A stretch of 63,839 bases of DNA, the filler included, from Craspedostauros australis (Eukaryota): NCBI GenBank assembly GCA_030167865.1. It is 8 parts of 8 records of this genome, joined end to end, with 100 filler letters (N's around TTAATTAATTAA, not from the genome) between each part and the next. Parts side by side here need not be neighbours in the genome. Positions count along the whole stretch, not along the records: positions 54,874 to 57,880 come from JALAGF010005694.1; positions 57,981 to 60,434 come from JALAGF010005695.1; positions 60,535 to 63,839 come from JALAGF010005696.1; 5 more parts are not named here. One strand, given 5' to 3'. Positions within the stretch are counted from its first letter, which is position 1; each line of letters begins with the position of its first letter. Shown here in pieces: positions 54,884-63,839 of this stretch. The translations under genes were made by a program, and so were the position numbers. A model generated the notes under the pieces. The model ran no database searches. It was given only the letters and a program-made list of their open reading frames with translations, and was not told where the DNA came from.

Positions 54884-57270
54884 TTACTCTTGGCTTGCGT
54901 TCTGGGGGACGCTGCCTGTTGGGTTGTTGGTGTCCATGAGGTTGGACCCACCTGATTCGGCATCACTGCTGTTCTTGGCCACTAACTTGGATGCCTGCTT
55001 TTCATGCACTTCTTTGCTGCTACCATCCTTGCTATCTTCTTCGCTGTCCTCCTCGCTGTCGTCACTGTTGTCATCACTCATGTCATCTCCTTCTGGAATG
55101 GTATTCTCTGGGGCAGACAAGTCGAAATCCGTTTTTGCTTCGGCGGCCGTCGCGAACCTACCTGNGTTGGCAGTCTTGTGGTGGGATGTACGCGTGATGG
55201 CTTGCGCGACGTGATCAGCTTGTTGGACCACTGATGCCATCGCAAATGTGCCTACGGTGTTGTTGTCCCTGTTTTTAGTGTGGGGGTTGCTTTCCATTTG
55301 CACTTCAAACTTCAACAGCAGGACAGGTTTCATGTTCCCATCCTTATCCACATATCCTTCCCACCCCACGTCCGCTGGGGTGAGCCCCACCATTTCCTCT
55401 GCATCGAGGTCGAGGAAGTTGGCACCAGCTTGGACCAGCTGCCCCATCTCCCATTTCCTCCTTGCTCCGAATGAGGCCCGTCTCCCAGTCTACTTCATAA
55501 TACTGGTTCTGTGCCCACGCCTCTGGTGTGAACCACCCTTGACAATTATGGTCAAACTTCTTGCTGCAAAAGAAGGTGAGCTTCGAAATGAGTTCCAGCG
55601 CTTAGATTCTCCGTTTGGGATGGAATACGAAGACAATTCTGTTGCGGTCCATCCTGCCTGTGTCAATCGACATGAAGAGAGCGAAGTCTGGTTTCCTGGA
55701 CGATCTGAGGTTCATGATCACCTCCCTCAGGGTCAGATTCCATATAGGCAACTCCACATCGAGCTGTTCAATCAAGTACACTCCTTGGGTTTTCATAGTC
55801 TTCTCGAATTGAACCTGGTGGGCTGCCATGGAGCTCAGACTAGCAAGTTCTCCAGGGGGTGGTGGAATCTTTGGTCCAGCGTGTCAGGCATGAACCGCAT
55901 CTGCTTGTCAAGCAACCGGACCTTGTCGGCACAGTTGTTGAAGAGTTCTTTCATGTCTGTTCGGCATTTGAACGAGCGCGACTCTCCGCACATGACGTGT
56001 GTCGCTCTCGGTCTGTTGCGGTAGTCTTCGCCTTCTACCTGGTGTTGCCCTTGNNNNNNNNNNNNNNNNNNNNNNNNNNNNNNNNNNNNNNNNNNNNNNN
56101 NNNNNNNNNNNNNNNNNNNNNNNNNNNNNNNNNNNNNNNNNNNNNNNNNNNNNNNNNNNNNNNNNNNNNNNNNNNNNNNNGATATCTGACTTGCGAAAAT
56201 GAATGGCTGCCATGCTCAGGGTACTGTCATTGTCGAATGCTTCAATCTCCTGCATATGAGCAACCCACAGTCTGCTGTACATCATCGATCCCGTCTTTGC
56301 ATAGAGACTCTCCACAATTTGTTTCAAGGTCTCCCTCGTGGACCATGGTATGTCAGCGGAGGTCCATGGAGGCATTGTGTTGTTCTTATGCCACGCCATG
56401 ATCTGCGCCTTCGAGTCCGCCCTGAAAATGAATGCACGAAGGGCGTTCATACTGGCGAAAACCTGCACCAGCAGGGAGGCATGGCCTTCACGCGTCATGG
56501 GGAGTTGGACGTCAAAGAACATCTTGTGGTACTTGCTGATCACATCATTCACACTGTGGAGGTCTTGCGGTTTTGGCTGCTTGTGCGGAAACGTCACAAC
56601 CTTGTGTCTTTGTTTTCACTGTTTCTTGTTTTGCCACCAGGTTGGGGGATTTCGCCTGTTTTTCTTTTTCGTTGTCCAGAGGCATGCCTTTGACCATCAT
56701 GAGTGCCATCCTCACACCAATCCATGCTGCTGTCTTGTGTGTTGCCTTGATCTGCTTGGACTTCCACAGCCCTCCGGAGAATTTGTTGGAGGTGGCAACC
56801 AGTCTGACCATCAGCTTGACCATGCGCAGGCTCATGTCTGCGGACATCTTGTTGAAGTACACATCGTGAAACATGCCCGTCCAGTCATCAAGAGAGGCGC
56901 CCTCTTTCAGGGCCTCGTCCTGGTCCTTCACAAATGCCAGCACTTCATCCATAGCGCCTTCTTCCCCCATCATGTGCACAAAGGGTTCAGACCCTCTGAT
57001 CAGCAGGTTGCGTTCCTGGAGGATGTTGCCCCATTTTTGCTCCAGCTGGTGGCTCCAAATCCAACGGTTCTCATCCTCTGTGGGACAAGTTGACACCCCC
57101 TTTTTTGTTGGTGAGATCCTGGCCTGTTGCTTTCCTCCTCAATCACCTCCTCATCCGCTGTCACCACCAGTGTGACACCCTCCTCTTCCTGTACCCGCAC
57201 GGGGTGTTGTCTGTTTCTTTCGGGTCCTCTGAGAGCCTCTCCCAGAGTCATTTGTAGCATCATTGCATGC
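54884..57270 (-). pseudogene. Degraded ORF, probably non-LTR retrotransposon ORF1-like
   Basis: Colinear fragments in shifting frames (56545-57096, 55908-56597, 55602-55829, 54884-55447) with motif TLREVIM..LFMSID..WFTPEA..YEVDWETG; the ORF1 identity is inferred. Confidence 0.5.
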
Positions 57271-57880
57271 CATGGTAAAATATGTGTTCTAGTGCAGTTT
57301 CTACTTGTTCTAAGTAAATTGTACTGGTCCTACGTACGTCTTCAACTGTGGGAGGGTCACAGGACTGTAGTTAGATTGCACTATTTTTTCGAGTGTTCCC
57401 CTGTCTTGGCTTTCACAGAAACTATCAGTGGACTCACCAGACTCAGGATTTGTGGCAAAGGTTTGCAGGCATTCGTTGGAATTCTGTTTTAATTTCCCAC
57501 ACCCCAACAGCAAGAAAAGACCGTCACCAAGAAACCAAACACAACAACACGACAATGGGAAACAAAACAAGACACTGCGAGAACCGCCAAATGTCATGGA
57601 CAGCATTGCACCAACCATCAGTCCAATACCAAATCCAAGCACATCAACGGAACCGCCATGGAAAGCTTGGTGGATGGGCAAGAGGGCGCTGTCAGAGCGG
57701 TTCATTTGAATCAGCGATAGCGAAACGAGCAAAACGCGCAAAAAAGCGTCAACCATGCACGTTGGGTACGGGCTGTGTGTGGACGATACAACCCAGTTCG
57801 ACAAACATGGATGGGCAAGACGCATCAAGGGGATCAAGATGAAGGGTTCTACGAAGTTTGAGGCTGAAAGACTGCCTGGA

Positions 57881-57980
57881 NNNNNNNNNNNNNNNNNNNN
57901 NNNNNNNNNNNNNNNNNNNNNNNNTTAATTAATTAANNNNNNNNNNNNNNNNNNNNNNNNNNNNNNNNNNNNNNNNNNNN
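57881..57980. other. Artificial scaffold spacer
   Basis: 44N-TTAATTAATTAA-44N. Confidence 0.97.
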
Positions 57981-58330
57981 ATCAATCGTGTGATCGTACT
58001 ACTAGCAACATCGTGAGAAGACGTAATTCGCAACACGGGCTATCGCGGTGTTTTGTTCATTGACCTTTTGCACCTCATCTTCACGCAGTAACACGCACAT
58101 TTGCCGTGTTGTCTCCGTGTTAATTTCANNNNNNNNNNNNNNNNNNNNNNNNNNNNNNNNNNNNNNNNNNNNNNNNNNNNNNNNNNNNNNNNNNNNNNNN
58201 NNNNNNNNNNNNNNNNNNNNNNNNNNNNNACAGTAAACAAACACTCTCCTCACCAACAACAACGACTTGATCACTCTACGTTCTCGGTGCGGTATCCTTC
58301 ACACCCATCTACGATTACGTTCTAACAACA

Positions 58331-59128
58331 CGCAAACACAAGCACTACGTACGCCAACTCAAACGGTTCCAGCTGGACGGCGACGTCTCGCTCGACACTC
58401 CAGATGAGAGGACAAAATCGACCATGCTGGGAACGTTCCTGAACCAGCAAAGGACGCCAGAAGGAAACCCCTACTTCCATGACGTCAGCACGACCCACAT
58501 GGCGGACGGGGACGAAGACGCCCTGAGCATAGTGGCCTTTGACGATCGGTACGACCAAGCCAAGAACATTTTGAACTCCATCGCAATCAGGTGCAGAACG
58601 GAAATCAACAGCTCCACAGACGACTGGTTTGACAATAACATCTTGGAGATGAGTGCGGGATACGCCAAGGACGCCACAGGAAAGGGGTACGAAGACGTCG
58701 AATTCGAAGGAGAACTCGACTACATCGTCAACGAAGACATGGGTTCGGTAGAGATCGAAGGTATGGAAGAAATCAACGACGACTCTCCGTCGGGATCCCC
58801 GGTAGCCAAGAAGCCCAGACTCGAGGATGAGTCCTTCAAGACTTTCAGCTCGGAGTGTGGCAAATCGAGGGCATCCACCATCTTCAGCATCCAAGAATCC
58901 AAAGACGACAGCGCCGAGATCAAAGAAGACGAGCTGGCGACAGCCATGCGGCAGGCAAGGGAAGCACAACAAGCAGAAGCCAACAGAAAGAAATTGGAGG
59001 ACCAGAGGCAGGAGCTCATCAAAAAAGACAGAATCATCGAGGAGCTGAGAGCCAAACACGCAGAAGCAGAACCCGGGAACTCCGACTCCCCCGGCGTAAG
59101 CATGGACAGGGGCCAATCAACTGATTAA
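58331..59128 (+). CDS. 5'-truncated ORF, distant homolog of the scaffold F ORF1-like protein
   Basis: Frame open from ~58331 (RKHKHYVRQLKRF..) through WFDNNILEMSAGYAKDATG to an acidic, coiled-coil tail. Confidence 0.55.
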   Translation, partial: RKHKHYVRQLKRFQLDGDVSLDTPDERTKSTMLGTFLNQQRTPEGNPYFHDVSTTHMADGDEDALSIVAFDDRYDQAKNILNSIAIRCRTEINSSTDDWFDNNILEMSAGYAKDATGKGYEDVEFEGELDYIVNEDMGSVEIEGMEEINDDSPSGSPVAKKPRLEDESFKTFSSECGKSRASTIFSIQESKDDSAEIKEDELATAMRQAREAQQAEANRKKLEDQRQELIKKDRIIEELRAKHAEAEPGNSDSPGVSMDRGQSTD

Positions 59129-59156
59129 TGCAAGGCTGGAGGTAGGGGAAGCATTA

Positions 59157-60434
59157 TGTTGGCAAGTTCCACTCACGGTAACCTACGATCGTGGAAGATG
59201 GTGTTGGTTGATAGTCGTTCGTTTGCTATTTCATTAGTTGGCTACTCCGATGCTCTCGGTGTACGCCCGTTCTCTTGCTCGATGCTCTCGGTGGTTCAAT
59301 CTGTTTCGTAGATTCGGTCTCCGACTATGAGTCGGTACGCGAGATGCTCTCTCGCTCCTCTCTGTATTCTCTCTCTCTCAACGTCGTGTGCTCGTGCTAC
59401 ACGATACTCCGTGTTCGATACGTACTCCGCATTCGACACTCCGTTCATTCAGTACTGGCTCCTACTCTATGAGTACTCGCCATTTGAAGTTCATCTCCCG
59501 TATCCATGATCCTGATGCCCTTCGGTCATCGGATCTTCGCCTCCTTCTCTGACTTGGAGACAGATGTCGACGTGGTGACATGATGACATCCTGTCGATGT
59601 CAGTAGGCGTCCTTCTGCTCTCCAGATGTCACATTCCATTGGTGATGCAGTAGTCTGTCAGATGATATCGTCATCTGAGGTTTAGTTGGGAAGTACCTCA
59701 AGATTCACTTGGTACCATACGTATCCATTGATGGATGGACGGACGATCTTCCAATTCTCTCAGAAATCGTCGATTGCAAATTTCCTCCAGAAATCTTGCT
59801 CCTTTTCGTGTGTTCCATTTCCCCTGTAATTCTGACGAATCACAGCATACTATCTACACGAGTGTAGTTATACCGTCCAAGTGCGTATGAGAGAATAGCG
59901 GGTGAACGATGCACATATACTCGTACATCTCGACATATANNNNNNNNNNNNNNNNNNNNNNNNNNNNNNNNNNNNNNNNNNNNNNNNNNGCACATATACA
60001 CGTACATCTTGACATATACTCACATGTACATCTCGACACCCTTCCTGTGTGTATTCGGTCATTCGAATGTTCTTGATGTGTCAAGGTACGACTTCTCATG
60101 TTCACGTTGTAAGTCGGCCTTGATGTTCTTGGTGAATCTGTCGCTTGTGTTTTGCTCGGATTTGACGAAAATGATCTCGATGGTTTTGTTGATTACCATG
60201 TTCCTCACGTAGTGATGGCGCACGTCGATGTGCCGCGATCGTTGGGATGTNGATGGGTTCTTGGCGATGAAGATCGCTCCGATGTTGTCCACACGGACCT
60301 TGATCGGCGTCTTCACTGGGACGCCCACACTTTCGAGTAGCTGTACGACGAAGAAGATCTCTTTTGCCGCTTCGGAAAGGGCAACGTATTCTGCTTCGGA
60401 TGAGCTGAGTGTGACGGCCTTCTGTGCCTTGGAT
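59157..60434 (-). mobile_element. Ty1/Copia retrotransposon 3' end: RNase H, PPT and a ~0.88-kb 3' LTR
   Basis: PPT AGGAAGGG (60039-60046) abuts TGTCGAGA at 60038; candidate far end ..CCAACA at 59157; short internal tandem repeats near 59910-60038. Confidence 0.75.
60059..60434 (-). CDS. pol: Copia RNase H C-terminal fragment
   Basis: SKAQKAVTLSSSEAEYVALSEAAKE..VDNIGAIF..RSRHIDVRHHYVR..NTSDRFTK*. Confidence 0.9.
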
Positions 60435-60534
60435 NNNNNNNNNNNNNNNNNNNNNNNNNNNNNNNNNNNNNNNNNNNNTTAATTAATTAANNNNNNNNNN
60501 NNNNNNNNNNNNNNNNNNNNNNNNNNNNNNNNNN
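60435..60534. other. Artificial scaffold spacer
   Basis: 44N-TTAATTAATTAA-44N. Confidence 0.97.
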
Positions 60535-62240
60535 GGACGACCATCCGCTCCACATCACATCACACCCATCGGTCTCTCCCATCTGAACGACCATCCGCTC
60601 CAAATCGCATCACACCCATTGGTCGGTTGCACCTGGAAGAGAATCCGCTCCAGATCACATCACACCCATTGGGCGATTGCACCTGAACGAGTATCCGCTC
60701 CACATCACATCACACCCATCGGTCTCTCCCATCTAAACGAGTATCCGCTCCAGATCGCATCACACCCATCGGTCGATTGCACCTGGACGACCATCCGCTC
60801 CAGATCGCATCACACCCATCGGTCTCTCCCATCTGAACGAGTATCCGCTCCAGATCGCATCACACCCAATGGTCGATTGCACCTGGACGACCATCCGCTC
60901 CAGATCGCATCACACCCATCGGTCGATTGCACCTGGACGAGTATCCGCTCCAGATCACATCACACCCATCGGTCACTCCCACCTGAACGACCATCCGCTC
61001 CAGATCGCATCACACCCATTGGTCTCTCGCACCTGGACGAGAATCCGCTCCACATCACATCACACCCATCGGTCTCTCGCACCTGAACGACCATCCGCTC
61101 CAGATCACATCACACCCATTGGTCGATTGCACCTGGACGAGTATCCGCTCCAGATCACATCACACCCATCGGTCACTCGCACCAGAACGAGAATCCGCTC
61201 CAGATCGCATCACACCCATTGGTCAATTGCACCTGGACGACCATCCGCTCCAGATCACATCACACCCAATGGTCGGTTGCACCTGAACGACCATCCGCTC
61301 CAGATCGCATCACACCCATTGGTCTCTCGCACCTGGACGAGTATCCGCTCCAGATCGCATCACACCCATTGGTCTCTCGCACCTGGACGAGAATCCCATC
61401 CAGATCGCATCACACCCATTGGTCTCTCGCACCTGGACAACCATCCGCTCCAGATCTCATCACACCCATCGGTCTCTCCCATCTGAACGAGTGTCCGCTC
61501 CAGATCGCATCACACCCATTGGTCAATTGCACCTGGACGAGTATCCGCTCCACATCACATCACACCCAATGGTCGGTTGCACCTGAACGACCATCCGCTC
61601 CAGATCGCATCACACCCAATGGTCGATTGCACCTGGACGAGTATCCGCTCCAGATCGCATCACACCCATTGGTCGGTTGCACCTGGACGAGAATCCGCTC
61701 CAGATCGCATCACAGCCATTGGTTGATTGCACCTGAACGACCATCCGCTCCAGATCGCATCACACCCATCGGTCTCTCGCACCTGGACGACCATCCGCTC
61801 CACATCACATCACACCCATTGGTCTCTCGCACCTGGACGAGTATCCGCTCCAGATCGCATCACACCCATTGGCCAATTGCACCTGGACGACCATCCAGTC
61901 AAGATCACATCACACCCAAAGGTCGATTGCACCTGGACGAGAATCCGCTCCAGATCGCATCACACCCAATGGTCGATTGCACCTGGACGAGTATCCGCTC
62001 CAGATCGCATCACACCCATTGGTCAATTGCACCTGGACGAGTATCCGCTCCAGATCGAATCACACCCAATGGTCGATTGCACCTGGACGAGAATCCGCTC
62101 CACATCACATCACACCCATCGGTCTCTCGCGTCTCAACGCCCATCCGCTCCAGATTGAATCACATCCATAGGTCTCTCGCATCTGAACGCCTATCCACTC
62201 CAGATCACATCACATCCATCAGGCTCTTGCATCTGCATCC
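60535..62240. repeat. 50-bp tandem satellite, 34 units
   Basis: Typical unit CCATCCGCTCCAGATCGCATCACACCCATTGGTCGATTGCACCTGGACGA, in exact 50-nt phase from 60541 to 62191. Confidence 0.97.
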
Positions 62241-63244
62241 ACCATTCATCGCATGCATGTTTTGATGCACCACACTTTTGTCAAATCAATAGCACTTGCT
62301 GTCACGTTTTGGCACTCCAGTGTGAGACTTGTTAGCTTGGACAGTTCAGTCCAGAGCAACATTGCATTAGATCCCAAGAAGCGCTTATCATGCTATGTGT
62401 CAGCGCAGGATCATTCGAAAAGAACATGAAGTGTGCCATGCGAACACCTCACTGGCGATGTATAAGAATATTGAATTTAAATTGAAATTGACTTTAAATG
62501 TAACATCATTCCCGATGATAACATGAGGTGTGCTCCCCCAAAACTATGGAGGGCATCATACAGCTGTCACTTCGTCATCCAAGATGATGTGTGCCATCAA
62601 GTCATTCCTTCCACCTACTTGCCACATTGTCTCCATATACCCTAAACATAGCCACCCGTGACAAGCATGCCACATTATATCGCCATGCAATGCACATTGT
62701 CAGTCCACAGTTGAAAACCAATATGTTTGGCAATGAAGGTCGATCCGGAGGTGGCTGCTGTGCTGGATCATATCTCTTGCTCGCAACCATGTCAGTTCTC
62801 CTCATGCAGCACACCCCAGAACCTGATGTATTGAGGACACCCCGATGTATCCCAAATTGCTCCAAGTTGCATCTCTGCAATTCAATCCATCCTGATGCTG
62901 GTGCCATTGTCAATTGTCTGTCATGTCAATAACATGCATTTGCTGCATTTGATCGATTGCAACCTCTTCCATTCAATAAATCTAATCCCCACTTCTCCAT
63001 CCCATTCGTGGCTTGATGCTTCACATAGCTTGCATGGGTGGGTTGGCAATGTGGTGGACGTTCATATGCACCACCACACCAGAAAAAGTCATGTGATAGG
63101 TGCTTCACCATCCCTCGGAAACCGATTGTCCTCTGCTTGTTCCTTTCTGTCAACGCTTTCCGCGCAGTCTTTCAACCTCCAACTTCGTAGGAACCTCCAA
63201 CTTTATTCCTTTGATGCATCCTGCTCATCCATAGTTGTTGGAAT

Positions 63245-63839
63245 GTCAATGTGGAGGTGGGTTGTCTGGCGGGCGCGGCGAGAGTGTCCTTGCCAGAGGA
63301 GCACGTCTACCGGGGCTATATATATGGGGAGCAAGTGTCATTTCATCGTCAGTCCAAGCTGATGTCGGTACGGTTTGCCAGTGTTTTGGAGCGGCACGCA
63401 GCCCAGGAGGCCATTGGGGTCCTGCAGGCAAGGCGAGTGCTCCATCACGGCGACCAGGTACATTGGGCAGCCGTCGCGGGAGCGTTGCAAGGCCTTGACC
63501 ACACAAAGAAGATTCTCTCAATCAAGCTCATAGCTGGAGAGGCGGCTGCAGGCCAACAAATGAAGCGATGGGGCCTGTGCGACTCTGATAAGTGTCCCAA
63601 TTGTGGGGAACGGGAGAGCAGTGAGCACTTTTGGGAATGCAGAGACCGGGCGAGAGTGCAAGTGGCGACCAGGCACGTGGCAAGCATATGCGGCTGGATG
63701 CAGAAATATCCCACAAGCCCGGACGTCATGCAGGCGATAGTTTCAGCGCTGTGCAGCCAAATCAGCACCATGGTCCTGTTACGTCCGGCGGATATGAGTG
63801 CGGGCATGCAGACAGCGTTGGGAAGCCAGCAGTCCATAG
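63245..63839 (+). mobile_element. Non-LTR retrotransposon ORF2 C-terminal relic (CCHC zinc knuckle)
   Basis: GQQMKRWGLCDSDKCPNCGERESSEHFWEC..WMQKYPTSPD..QQSI from ~63550; frameshifted upstream. Confidence 0.7.

Noticed and set aside
60535..62240. CRISPR array
   Set aside because: No unique spacers: the variable parts are a few recurring alleles. No cas genes, and the context is eukaryotic.
60619..62265. Long plus-strand ORFs as real genes
   Set aside because: They are a by-product of a stop-poor 50-bp repeat, start at non-ATG codons, and end wherever an ACCTGA variant falls in frame.

Overview
Eukaryotic draft-genome DNA, most consistent with a diatom/stramenopile (CoDi-like Copia elements, a signal peptide + AAF bipartite plastid presequence, COG3899-type STAND ATPase, SxxP mucin-like secreted protein). 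The window is not contiguous. Seven artificial 100-bp spacers (44N-TTAATTAATTAA-44N) join eight independent scaffolds, so adjacency across them means nothing. Scaffold A (1-16087) is a tandem duplication of a ~7.6-kb cassette with at least three ankyrin-coiled coil-BTB paralogs whose repeats vary mainly at binding-surface positions. It also holds two decaying passenger genes and a short-LTR insertion. Scaffold B (16188-42195) has an orphan ORF, an LSD1-like amine oxidase with two ePHD fingers and a PDZ-like tail, a P1B Cu-ATPase, a secreted Cys-rich/mucin protein and a STAND NTPase. C holds a seipin relic. D holds a Copia pol 3' half and a Sola-like transposase. E holds a probably plastid-targeted Crinkler/RHS-like NTPase-nuclease. 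F and G hold retroelement ORF1-like relics and a Copia 3' end. H holds a 34-unit, 50-bp mosaic satellite and a non-LTR zinc-knuckle relic. The best candidates for new biology are the diversified ANK-BTB array and the plastid-targeted NTPase-nuclease. All family calls come from motif recognition by eye; no searches were run.
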